Assembly (NCBI GenBank): GCA_009873655.1
Contig: WAIB01000005.1
Span: 54,689 to 118,688, forward strand
Reading direction: 5' to 3'
Length of the DNA: 64,000 nucleotides
From: Nitrospinota bacterium
GTDB taxonomy: Bacteria; Nitrospinota; Nitrospinia; Nitrospinales; VA-1
Part shown: positions 37,450 through 46,715 of the stretch, in pieces
Position numbering within the stretch: the stretch's first letter is position 1
Layout: every line of letters begins with the position of its first letter
Made by a program: the position numbers and the translations under genes
The notes under the pieces: generated by a model
The model's database searches: none
The model's input: the letters and a program-made list of their open reading frames with translations, nothing else
What the model was told of the DNA's origin: nothing

Positions 37450-38340
37450 ATGATGGAAAGTCGAATTGGTTTTATAGGTGTGGGCCGCATGGGTGGCAAT
37501 ATGGCCCGGCGACTCAAGGATAAAGGTTATGAAATAACATCCGTTCAGGATCGTAATTCCAAAATAGCGGAATCTTTGGCGAAGGAACTGGGTTGTGAAG
37601 CGGCACCCACCCCGGGTCGCGTCGCTGAAATCAGCGATGTCATACTCACGGTGGTTACCGATGACACATCAATGGCTGAAATCTTTTCAGAAACAGATCC
37701 TTCCAGTCTGCTAAAACATGCCCAAGGTAAATTGTTTATCAATTTTGCCACGGTCACCCCGGAGTCGCACATCATGGCGGAAACCCGCGTCGCAAATAAC
37801 GGTGGAACCAATCTCGAAGCACTCATGGCCAGCAGCATCACTCAGGCAAGAGAGGGAACACTCTATCTTATGTGTGGGGGAAAAGAACCCGTTTTCAAAA
37901 AAGCCCGAACATTACTGGAAGCACTGAGTTCCAAACTCCGGTACGTAGGCCCTGCAGGAGACGCGGCCAAGGTGAAGGCACTGGTCAATATGGTTATGAA
38001 TTGCAACACCGCGGCACTGGCCGAAGGATTAGGACTCGGAGACGCATTGGGACTCGACCTCACAATGTTACGCGAAGTCTTCAGCCAAACGGGAGCGGCA
38101 TCGCGCGTTCTTGAAACGGATGGGGAAGATATGCAGAATAGGGATCATGAGTGTTATTTCTCTGCCGTCCATGCCGCAAAGGATTCCGGAATCGCTCTCA
38201 ACCTCGCCCAGTCTTCCGGATTGGACTTGCCGATTGCGAAAGCCACCTTCGACCAATACAGAAGACTGGTTAGTGCCGGGAAAGGTGAACTGGACAAATC
38301 GGGCATCGCGGAACTGGTATTCAAAGGAAGAATGATATAA
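37450..38340 (+). CDS. NAD(P)-dependent oxidoreductase, 3-hydroxyisobutyrate / 6-phosphogluconate dehydrogenase-like family
   Basis: Track ORF of 296 aa with the Rossmann motif IGFIGVGRMGGNMARRL and the family's C-terminal helical domain. Confidence 0.85.
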   Translation: MMESRIGFIGVGRMGGNMARRLKDKGYEITSVQDRNSKIAESLAKELGCEAAPTPGRVAEISDVILTVVTDDTSMAEIFSETDPSSLLKHAQGKLFINFATVTPESHIMAETRVANNGGTNLEALMASSITQAREGTLYLMCGGKEPVFKKARTLLEALSSKLRYVGPAGDAAKVKALVNMVMNCNTAALAEGLGLGDALGLDLTMLREVFSQTGAASRVLETDGEDMQNRDHECYFSAVHAAKDSGIALNLAQSSGLDLPIAKATFDQYRRLVSAGKGELDKSGIAELVFKGRMI

Positions 38341-38353
38341 AGGAGAAGTAATA

Positions 38354-39184
38354 ATGCCGCTTGAAGATGAACTGGGAGATATTTTACAAAAGGCAAGAGA
38401 CGGGAAAGCCTGGTCGAGGAACGACCTGGTAAAGGCAACAAACTTTTCAAATGAAGATCTCCAGAAAATTGAAAGTTATCAATGGACCCCGGAAGATTCC
38501 GATGTATTGAAACTCGCTAGGGCACTGGATTTGGATGGTCCCGCTCTGGTAGATATTGCGCAGGAAAGATGGGAACCGACTCCCCCCTCTAATGACCCGG
38601 ATTTCGATCTGGTTTGCCTGAATGTGTTTATGGGAGAGTACCCGGTAAACTGTTATCTGGTTCGTTGCAAGGCGACAGGTGAAACCGCAGTGGTAGATAC
38701 CGGTGCCAATCCGAAAACCATCATTGCCAAAGCCCGCGAAATGGGGGTTCACCCCAAAATGGTTTTACTAACCCACGCCCACCCCGATCATGCCGGGGGA
38801 CTGGGGCAACTGAGCCAGGCCTTTGAGTGCCCAACCTGCATCGACCACAAAGAACCCAAACCCGGAGGAAGCAGCAATTTTAAAGTTGTAAAAGACGGCG
38901 ATGAAATACCGCTCGGCAATTTACGAATCAAATGCATTGAAACTCCGGGGCACACCGTAGGAGGTGTCTCTTATCTCATCAACCAGACCCTGTTATCGGG
39001 AGATGTAATTTTTGCCGGATCAATGGGACGCGCCAATTCCTCATGGAACGACCTGTTTAATTCCATCACAAAAAAAGTACTGCTTTTGCCTGATAAAACG
39101 GGCATTCACCCCGGTCATGGACCCTCTACCACCGTGGGGCAGGAGAAAGAGCACAATCCGTTTTTTAAAGGACAAGTAAAATAA
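38354..39184 (+). CDS. MBL-fold hydrolase (glyoxalase II-like) with an N-terminal XRE-type HTH-like extension
   Basis: Track ORF of 276 aa. The N-terminal LGDILQKARDGKAWSRNDLVKATNFSNEDLQKIESYQWTPEDSDVLKLARALDLD fits the XRE HTH pattern. The MBL core follows (VVDTGAN, LLTHAHPDHAGG, TPGHTVGG). Confidence 0.8.
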   Translation: MPLEDELGDILQKARDGKAWSRNDLVKATNFSNEDLQKIESYQWTPEDSDVLKLARALDLDGPALVDIAQERWEPTPPSNDPDFDLVCLNVFMGEYPVNCYLVRCKATGETAVVDTGANPKTIIAKAREMGVHPKMVLLTHAHPDHAGGLGQLSQAFECPTCIDHKEPKPGGSSNFKVVKDGDEIPLGNLRIKCIETPGHTVGGVSYLINQTLLSGDVIFAGSMGRANSSWNDLFNSITKKVLLLPDKTGIHPGHGPSTTVGQEKEHNPFFKGQVK

Positions 39185-39316
39185 AGTGTTGCATTCCATA
39201 TAACCCACCCTAAATTTTATTTATGTACAGGTTGAGGTACCCGACAGGGTTGATCTAAAATAAATATATGAAGAAGAAACCTCATTAACCCTAAATCAAA
39301 TTGGGGGTAGTGTCCG

Positions 39317-39796
39317 ATGAAAATTAAAGCTTTCATTATCTTTATAAGTTTTCTTATTTGCTTTCCAAGTCTGGGTTTCGCCAAAGATGAACTGGTGATG
39401 GAAAAAGAGCTCATGTGGTGGCAAATAAACGGCCATACGGGTGATACCGCCTGCTTCCAGCTAATTTTCATTGATGTAGGTCGGGATGTCCCGGATATGC
39501 GAAAGGAACAATGTGGCTGGACAGATGGCAAATACAGCCTGACTCTTACCGGCCCCCCAGGAACCACCGTCACTTTTTTTGGAAGAGACAATTTCAAAAA
39601 AGGAAATGGGTTTTTAACCATCAAGAAAAAAGACGACCAAAAGCTCTGGTTGTGGGATTTGACCGCCTTTCCCGCAGGACAATGGCACTCTTCAGAAGCT
39701 ACTGACAAGTCAGGAGCATTCGAGGCTTTTTATAATGCCTCGCCTCTGTTTGAGGCTTCAGTGATCTCCATTAAATGGGGCAATGATTCTCCTTAA
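39317..39796 (+). CDS. secreted hypothetical protein
   Basis: Track ORF of 159 aa with a signal peptide (MKIKAFIIFISFLICFPSLGFA). No family recognised. Confidence 0.55.
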   Translation: MKIKAFIIFISFLICFPSLGFAKDELVMEKELMWWQINGHTGDTACFQLIFIDVGRDVPDMRKEQCGWTDGKYSLTLTGPPGTTVTFFGRDNFKKGNGFLTIKKKDDQKLWLWDLTAFPAGQWHSSEATDKSGAFEAFYNASPLFEASVISIKWGNDSP

Positions 39797-39864
39797 AAGA
39801 AAAACCCCACACCTTTAAGGGGAAGAAGGAAATTCAATTGTATTAGATTGAGAAATTTAATAGC

Positions 39865-39896
39865 AAAAAAACAGGGGGCCATTCGCCCCCCCCCTG
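39865..39896 (-). terminator. rho-independent terminator after the zinc-ribbon gene
   Basis: The plus strand reads aaaaaaaCAGGGGGCcattcGCCCCCCCCTG. On the minus strand this is a GC-rich hairpin followed by U7, about 90 nt downstream of the stop at 39985. Confidence 0.5.
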
Positions 39897-39984
39897 GAAG
39901 AATGCAAATAAATAGATCTGGTTAAGCCGAGGGAGAGTTGAGCGGGGAAAAAAAATATTGCAAATTACCCCCGGAGGTACTCAG

Positions 39985-40275
39985 CTAGTCGAAATCGAAA
40001 TCGCGTAGGGGTTTGTCGGAGGAACGGTCGACATGCTTTAGTGACTCTTTCAGCTTCTCATCTAGGAGGCGGCTGCGTTCTTTTTGGGTTTCGCTGTGCT
40101 TTTTAAAGAGGCTTTCTTTTTCTTTTTGCTGGCTTCCCAGGTCATTCACCATATCAGCCAATGAAGGCATCGGCTTCTCTTTTTTCTCTTCCCAAATCAC
40201 TTCACCGGTCTTTTTATCGACCTGAAGCTTAGTTTCGCAACACGGACAAATTACTTCCAGTTTTTTGGATCCCAT
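39985..40275 (-). CDS. small zinc-ribbon protein with a charged C-terminal tail (hypothetical)
   Basis: Track ORF of 96 aa: MGSKKLEVICPCCETKLQVDKKTGEVIWEE... followed by a Lys/Glu/Ser-rich tail. Confidence 0.55.
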   Translation of the reverse strand: MGSKKLEVICPCCETKLQVDKKTGEVIWEEKKEKPMPSLADMVNDLGSQQKEKESLFKKHSETQKERSRLLDEKLKESLKHVDRSSDKPLRDFDFD

Positions 40276-40358
40276 AACCTTCCCGACCTGGCGGATTAAT
40301 AACTTGCCTCCTTCGCAGAAGCTGTTAATAATTATATCAGATTTTTTATTTTACTTAA

Positions 40359-41075
<717 letters not shown>

Positions 41076-41090
41076 AAGCGGGCCACCTGA

Positions 41091-41789
41091 TCAGGGTTTA
41101 AACTCGTAGCCTTTTTCCCTGTGCGTGATGATATATCGAGGGGATTGGGGTTTCTTTTCAAAATATTTCCTGAGCCGCGCCACAAAATTGTCGACCGTGC
41201 GTGTTTCTGTCTGCGGATCATACCCCCAAACTTTTTCTAATAGTTCATCCCGGCTGACAATTTTATTTTTTTTTGAAACCAGCAAACGCATCAGCAGCGC
41301 TTCTTTAGTGGTCAAATAAAATTCACCTGACTCCCCTTTGGCTCTGCCGTTGACAAAATTGATCCACATATCTCCAAAATGGAATACTTCCTGGTCGTGA
41401 ACCGGTTCCTTATACCATTCCCATCTTCGAAGGATCCCTTTGACCCTGAGAAGCAGTTCGGGTAAATGAAAAGGTTTGGTTAAATAATCGTCAGCCCCGG
41501 CTTCCAGTCCCAACTCCCTGTCCTCGTCCGATGATTTCGCTGACAACATCAAAATAGGAAACCGCAAGTCGGTATTTCGGACCCGCCTCGCCACTTCGAT
41601 GCCATTCAGTTTGGGCAACATGATATCCAGGATCATTAAATCGAATGCCTGCTCACCAAGCAACTCAATAGCCGATTGTCCATTATCCACCACCGAAACG
41701 GTATAGCCCTCGCGTTCCAGGTTAAACTGGAGCCCTTTTGCGAGGTGAGATTCGTCCTCCACAACCAGAATTTTTTTGGAATCGCTCAT
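41091..41789 (-). CDS. OmpR-family response regulator
   Basis: Track ORF of 232 aa with a receiver domain (ILVVEDE, DLMILDIMLP, KPF) and a winged-helix domain (LTTKEALLMRLLVSKKNKIVSRDELLEKVWGYD). Confidence 0.9.
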   Translation of the reverse strand: MSDSKKILVVEDESHLAKGLQFNLEREGYTVSVVDNGQSAIELLGEQAFDLMILDIMLPKLNGIEVARRVRNTDLRFPILMLSAKSSDEDRELGLEAGADDYLTKPFHLPELLLRVKGILRRWEWYKEPVHDQEVFHFGDMWINFVNGRAKGESGEFYLTTKEALLMRLLVSKKNKIVSRDELLEKVWGYDPQTETRTVDNFVARLRKYFEKKPQSPRYIITHREKGYEFKP

Positions 41790-41816
41790 ATAAAATTCAT
41801 TTCCACCAGGTCGAAG

Positions 41817-42773
41817 TCAAACGGTCAAACCACGGCTGACAGGAAGAGACACGGTAAAAACAGACCCTTGTCCACGCCCTGAACTCATGACCCGGAGTCT
41901 GCCTTTATGATTTTTCACAATTTCCCGTGAGATGAACAACCCTAACCCGGCGCCTTCGATATTCTGGGTATCTTCATTTTGCACCCTGTAAAACTTTTTA
42001 AAAACCCGGTTCAAATCTTTTTTATCAAACCCGAATCCCTTATCGGCAAAGTCAACATCCCAGAACCTTCCCATTCTATGCAAATGGATTTTCAATGAAG
42101 AACCCGAAGGAGAATAGCGCAAGGCATTTCCTATAAGGTTATTAAAAACTATCTGCAGGGCCTTTTTATCCACGGTAACAATCGGGGATGCTTCCAACTG
42201 CAATTTCACTTCGCATTTTTTTTCTTCAAACTGCCGTTTATGGTCTTTTACCACTTCAGACAGGAATTGTCCCAGATCGACTTTCTGGGTCTGCAATTCC
42301 ATACTCTTCGGATCGGTTTTACTGGATTGCAAAATATTTTCAATCAATCCGGAAAGACGAGCCGTATCTGACAGCATGATCTCGATAAAATCTTTTGTCT
42401 CCTCTTTTGAAACATCCTGATACTTCAAAGTCTCAAGATAAAGCTGGATGGATGCAAGGGGCGATTTTAATTCATGCGACACACTGGAGACAAAATTACT
42501 TTGCATCTGGTTCAATCGGTTTTGTTTATTCCAATAGACAAAAATCACATAAACTCCCGAAAGAATAAGAAGCATCAAAAAACAACCCTCAAACAAAATC
42601 AACCATTCTACTTCTGCCGTAAATAAATCGGGACGTAGTTTTTGGGCAAATTTTTGTATGGAAAGGTTGTTTTCAAGGTACCAGTTTATCCAGACCGCCA
42701 TGAGAACGATCCAGGCAATCTGCACCCCAATAAAAACCATGATGGGATGGAACAATGCCCTTAACTTATTCAC
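41817..42773 (-). CDS. sensor histidine kinase with two TM helices and almost no extracytoplasmic loop
   Basis: Track ORF of 318 aa with H-box SHELKSPL, N-box NLIGNALRYS and G-box GAGLGL. The sensor part is only two TM helices joined by a loop of about 25 residues. Confidence 0.9.
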   Translation of the reverse strand: MNKLRALFHPIMVFIGVQIAWIVLMAVWINWYLENNLSIQKFAQKLRPDLFTAEVEWLILFEGCFLMLLILSGVYVIFVYWNKQNRLNQMQSNFVSSVSHELKSPLASIQLYLETLKYQDVSKEETKDFIEIMLSDTARLSGLIENILQSSKTDPKSMELQTQKVDLGQFLSEVVKDHKRQFEEKKCEVKLQLEASPIVTVDKKALQIVFNNLIGNALRYSPSGSSLKIHLHRMGRFWDVDFADKGFGFDKKDLNRVFKKFYRVQNEDTQNIEGAGLGLFISREIVKNHKGRLRVMSSGRGQGSVFTVSLPVSRGLTV

Positions 42774-42889
42774 CGGTTATTCCCTTGGATCTGAGCGAAT
42801 GAGTTACCATATTCCCCCTTTTTTTTAATAATTTAACCAAAAGAGCCGTCTTAGTATCCGTTCATTTTATCCTTACCGCCCTTGGCAAT

Positions 42890-42929
42890 ATTACATAAGT
42901 TTTACACAGGAATATCCTTAAACAAGGAT
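42890..42929. promoter_or_regulatory. candidate regulator sites upstream of the desaturase gene: direct repeat TTACA-N6-TTACA and inverted repeat TATCCTT-N4-AAGGATA
   Basis: Read directly. TTACA occurs at 42890-42894 and 42901-42905, an 11-bp phase. TATCCTTaaacAAGGATA lies at 42912-42929. Both are 40-80 nt upstream of ATG 42972, in the divergent HK / desaturase intergenic region. Confidence 0.3.
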
Positions 42930-42971
42930 AACATATAGCCGTATAAATATTTGAACTATAGAGGTTTCTAA

Positions 42972-43877
42972 ATGACAACTAAATCGGTTCCTGATTATCA
43001 GCTCAAGTTCAATCCAATTGCTTTAACTCACTTTATTGTGATTCACGGCATGGCTTTGTTTGCCTTCTTTCCCTTTGCGTTTTCCTGGAGTGCGGTTGCC
43101 TTGATGTTATTCATGTACTGGCTGACAGCATCCATCGGAATTTGCCTGGGCTATCACCGTTTTCTTACTCATCGGGGTTTTACCCTCCCAAAATGGTTGG
43201 CATATTTCGTGGTTTTTTGTGGAACCCTTGCCTGTCAAAACGGTCCTATCAAATGGGTGGGGCAACACCGAATCCATCATGCGGGTTCGGATACCGCAGA
43301 AGATCCCCATAGCGCGGAAAAAGGATTTTTGTGGTCCCATTTTACCTGGATGTTATTCACTCATTCCAAGTTCGATGATAAAAAAGTTTTAAGCGATTAC
43401 ACCAAAGACTTCAGCAATGATAAATTTTATCAGTTTTTAGATAATTACTTCATTATAATCCAAATTGTTTTTGGTCTGACCCTTTATGCAATTGGCGGGT
43501 TTCCCTGGGTGGTATGGGGAATTTTTGTTCGTCTGGTAATTGCATACCATTCCACATGGTTTGTAAACAGTGCGGCTCACACTTTTGGTTATGTCACCTT
43601 TCCGCTTAAAGATGATCTTTCTACCAATTGCTGGTGGGTGGGACTTCTGGCCTGGGGAGAAGGTTGGCACAATAACCACCATGCATTCCCAAAGTCTGCC
43701 CGTCACGGTCTTCGCCCCTGGGAAATAGACATGACGTGGTGGGTTATCTGCCTGCTTGAAAAACTCGGACTGGCCAAGGATATCAAGGTCACAAAATTAC
43801 ACCCCAACCCGGCCCACAATGAAAGTGAAAGCACGGAACCTGCGTTCATCGGGAAAATTGTAACCCAGACGGTTTAA
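42972..43877 (+). CDS. membrane acyl-CoA/acyl-lipid desaturase (delta-9 type)
   Basis: Track ORF of 301 aa with three His boxes: HRFLTH, HRIHHAGSD and GEGWHNNHHAF. Confidence 0.9.
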   Translation: MTTKSVPDYQLKFNPIALTHFIVIHGMALFAFFPFAFSWSAVALMLFMYWLTASIGICLGYHRFLTHRGFTLPKWLAYFVVFCGTLACQNGPIKWVGQHRIHHAGSDTAEDPHSAEKGFLWSHFTWMLFTHSKFDDKKVLSDYTKDFSNDKFYQFLDNYFIIIQIVFGLTLYAIGGFPWVVWGIFVRLVIAYHSTWFVNSAAHTFGYVTFPLKDDLSTNCWWVGLLAWGEGWHNNHHAFPKSARHGLRPWEIDMTWWVICLLEKLGLAKDIKVTKLHPNPAHNESESTEPAFIGKIVTQTV

Positions 43878-43955
43878 TGCTCCAAAGAGGGCTGAAGATT
43901 TTTTTGGCTCAATGAAAAAGGTTATCCAACTTTTATCCTGCGGGGGATCTCCCCG

Positions 43956-44750
43956 CTAGGAGAAGTTGAATTCAAGATGGTAACCGGAGTATTTTCTTAG
44001 ATTGATGACTCGAGATTCGAAAATAAGGTACTGACCTTTTACTCCTGTCAGCCTGTCTTCGAATTCAGGTAATTTATCCAGATTGTGGCTGGTGATTTTT
44101 TCAGGAACCGATTCCACCGGGTAAACCAGGTTTTGCACTTTTTCGTTTTCGAGGGCATAATCTTTCAAGTCTTCGGGGAACAACTGGTGGGCCTTTTTAC
44201 GAAATTCCAGCAAGTCTAAATTTTCAAACTCCCCTTTAAGCATTTTTCTCCAATTCGTTTTATCTGCAAAATTCTTTGCAACAGCCACCTCAATTTGCCC
44301 GGAAAGAATCCGCTCGGGCACCTTTGCAATAATCAATCCCTTTACCGCTCCCTGGTCTATCCAGCGATCAGGAATATTGTAATGCCGGGTAACCCCTACC
44401 TTAACTCCACTGGTCAATGACAAATAAACATAATGATCTATGTTGCAATGGGTTCTCCAAAACTCTTTCGCGGCTTCATTCCCGTTTTTATGATCACACA
44501 ATTCCGGACGAACGGAGCACATTTCGTTTTCAGGTAAATCGCGAGAGCATACGAAACAATAACCCTGGTCATAAGACTTTTTGGTTTTTCTCCCGCACTC
44601 GATACAGGTGATAACTCCATCCCATTTAATTTTCAATTTACCTCCAATATGCGAATTTAAAGGATGGGATTCTTTATCTATATTCAGGAAATATTGGATA
44701 GGAGTTTCCGATTCCACATTCATTTTGCGAACTTGTCCGGAGAGTTTCAT
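43956..44750 (-). CDS. Cys-rich hypothetical protein, resembles DUF2797
   Basis: Track ORF of 264 aa: CIECGRKTKKSYDQGYCFVCSRDLPENEMCSVRPELCDH. The family name is from memory and was not searched. Confidence 0.6.
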   Translation of the reverse strand: MKLSGQVRKMNVESETPIQYFLNIDKESHPLNSHIGGKLKIKWDGVITCIECGRKTKKSYDQGYCFVCSRDLPENEMCSVRPELCDHKNGNEAAKEFWRTHCNIDHYVYLSLTSGVKVGVTRHYNIPDRWIDQGAVKGLIIAKVPERILSGQIEVAVAKNFADKTNWRKMLKGEFENLDLLEFRKKAHQLFPEDLKDYALENEKVQNLVYPVESVPEKITSHNLDKLPEFEDRLTGVKGQYLIFESRVINLRKYSGYHLEFNFS

Positions 44751-44774
44751 TTGCGGGAGCCCTGTTAAGGTAAA

Positions 44775-44942
44775 TCAAAGATCCTTTCTTTTCTCAGATT
44801 TTTTCAAAAAATATTCTAACGCAAAAACAGCAAAAAGGACTGTCATCACCACTGTATTAGAATCAAAAATCAGAAAACTGAAAAGAAACAGTAAAAGATA
44901 GAAAAAAATTCGGACCAGTATTTTAATTCCATAATCTGTCAT
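44775..44942 (-). CDS. small (55 aa) two-TM hypothetical protein
   Basis: Below the track cutoff; minus-strand reading gives MTDYGIKILVRIFFYLLLFLFSFLIFDSNTVVMTVLFAVFALEYFLKKSEKRKDL. It lies just upstream of the DUF2797-like gene on the same strand. Support is weak. Confidence 0.3.
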   Translation of the reverse strand: MTDYGIKILVRIFFYLLLFLFSFLIFDSNTVVMTVLFAVFALEYFLKKSEKRKDL

Positions 44943-45249
44943 TTCCGATTTTCACCCCCAGGAAAATCATTAAAAACCAGCCCGATTTCAAAAATGTAAA
45001 TAAATTCAAAAACTTACTTTTAAAGGGACCTTTTTTAAATAGGACCCAATTTTGGCATACCCCATTGATTGTCGATCTGCCCCCATTTTTCAAACTCAAA
45101 CATAGGACAAATAAATTCAATGAATTGTGAAACCCCCTGTTTCTTCAATTTAGTTAGGCCTTTATTTGTAACATGATTGCGACATTAGCCCGTTGAAAAA
45201 TAGTTTAAATTAAGTGTAGCATAGGCTCAAAGTAGACCGAGACAAATAT

Positions 45250-45263
45250 ATCGGATATCCGAT
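45250..45263. promoter_or_regulatory. perfect 14-bp palindrome ATCGGATATCCGAT upstream of the HDOD gene
   Basis: Read directly. It lies 37 nt upstream of ATG 45300 in an AT-rich 550-nt intergenic region. Confidence 0.3.
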
Positions 45264-45299
45264 TTTTATATTTTTAACAAGGCTTCTGGATTTTTAGTT

Positions 45300-46148
45300 A
45301 TGGAAATTCTAGATCTCATAACAGAAAACGAACCCTTAGCTTCGTTGCCCAACACCTATTATCTCTTGCAGGAAGCAGTTGACGATCCTGATTCCGATTT
45401 CGCACAGATCGGGAACATAATCAGTCTTGACCCTTCTTTAACTGTGAGACTCCTCAAAATTGTAAATAGCGCATTTTACGGTTTTCGCAACCAAATAGAA
45501 ACTGTTTCTCACGCTTTAGGGGTTGTAGGTACGGAACAATTGATGCAGTTGGTACTTGCCACTTCGGTCGTCGGTCAGTTCAAGGGCATTCCTTCGAATT
45601 TGATTAACATGGAGTATTTCTGGAAACACAGTGTGGCTTGCGGGTTAGCTGCCAGAACAATTAAAGAAACCAATGAAAGGGGAGATGGAGAAAGGTTTTT
45701 CGTATCGGGTCTTCTTCATGATATTGGCCGTCTCGTAATGTGTTTAAAGGTACCGAACCAATTTCGTATCGCGATGGAATTTGCCCAAAAAAGCGGCGAC
45801 CGCTGGCATAAAGCGGAAGCCAAGTATTTTGGTTTTGATCATGGCGGAGTGGGTGGTGCCTTGTTGAGAGCATGGGACTTACCAAAAAGGCTGCAGGAAA
45901 GTGTTGCCCATCACCACAGACCTTCCGCGTCAAAAAAATATTCCTATGATGCCACGGTCATCTACCTTGCCGACCATATCAGCCACGAGATAATGGATGA
46001 ACCTGGTGAAAATTCTCCTCGCCCGGGGGTAGATCCTGACATATGGAAAAAACTGGGTTTAAAAGAAAGTACTCATAAATCCACAATAAAAGAAAAAGTA
46101 TTTCTCCAGCTCGACGAGGTTTCCCAGATATTTTTGCAAACCACGTAA
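45300..46148 (+). CDS. HDOD domain signalling protein
   Basis: Track ORF of 282 aa with LPSLPNTYYLLQEAV-type N-terminus, DPSLTVRLLKIVNSAFYG, GLLHDIGRLVM and FGFDHGGVGGALL. Confidence 0.85.
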   Translation: MEILDLITENEPLASLPNTYYLLQEAVDDPDSDFAQIGNIISLDPSLTVRLLKIVNSAFYGFRNQIETVSHALGVVGTEQLMQLVLATSVVGQFKGIPSNLINMEYFWKHSVACGLAARTIKETNERGDGERFFVSGLLHDIGRLVMCLKVPNQFRIAMEFAQKSGDRWHKAEAKYFGFDHGGVGGALLRAWDLPKRLQESVAHHHRPSASKKYSYDATVIYLADHISHEIMDEPGENSPRPGVDPDIWKKLGLKESTHKSTIKEKVFLQLDEVSQIFLQTT

Positions 46149-46384
46149 TCCTTTAAATTATCCGCACAAACTGTTTTTTTTTAACACACCTTGACCTTCC
46201 AAAAACAGGTCTTATATACCTTTATAACGTGCATTCAGCTTAATTTGACTGAGTCAAGTATTTTTTTAATTTGCACAATTTTTCCCGGAATTTTAAGACT
46301 TGAAAAGTTGATAAACTTAGGCGACACTATTGCAGTTAAGGGAAACAGTGATCTTTGAACTCGCAAGAAACAGGGAGATACTTA

Positions 46385-46609
46385 ATGGAAGACCTAACAA
46401 TATCTAAAGGCTGGTTTCAAGATAAGGATGATGAACCGACGATAATTAAGAAAAAGTTTTGTGAGCACAGAGCAAATACTGTAACTCTTGATTACGAAGT
46501 AGGTATTGAATATTGTTCATTCTGTGGAGCGCTGGGCCATTATAATCCCGACATCGACCAGTTGGAATGGACCCTTCCAGAGTATTTGCAAAAACAGAAT
46601 TACAATTAA
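46385..46609 (+). CDS. small Cys/His-containing hypothetical protein
   Basis: Internal ATG of track ORF 46355..46609, preceded by GGGAGA: MEDLTISKGWFQDKDDEPTIIKKKFCEHRANTVTLDYEVGIEYCSFCGALGHYN... It is followed by a strong terminator. Confidence 0.4.
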   Translation: MEDLTISKGWFQDKDDEPTIIKKKFCEHRANTVTLDYEVGIEYCSFCGALGHYNPDIDQLEWTLPEYLQKQNYN

Positions 46610-46644
46610 TTAAACAAAACAGGGAGTTTCATTTCCCCTTAAAT

Positions 46645-46684
46645 ACAAAAGCCCCGACTTTTTAGTCGGGGCTTTTGTATTTTC
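46645..46684. terminator. bidirectional rho-independent terminator
   Basis: AAAAGCCCCGAC-ttttta-GTCGGGGCTTTT, a perfect 12-bp stem flanked by A and T runs, between the convergent genes ending at 46609 (+) and 46716 (-). Confidence 0.75.
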
Positions 46685-46715
46685 AATTTATTTTTGATTT
46701 CCAGGCTATTCCACC

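Noticed and set aside
45053-45069. A sigma54-like element, TGGCAT-N6-TTGA, upstream of the HDOD gene.
   Set aside because: The spacing is one nucleotide too long and the -12 element is TTGA rather than TTGC. It is also about 240 nt from the start codon, and no enhancer-binding protein is nearby.
44923-45120. A 65-aa minus-strand track ORF in the long intergenic region upstream of the HDOD gene.
   Set aside because: It has no SD, an odd composition and no motif. It overlaps the better-supported 55-aa two-TM ORF's start region. It was treated as non-coding.
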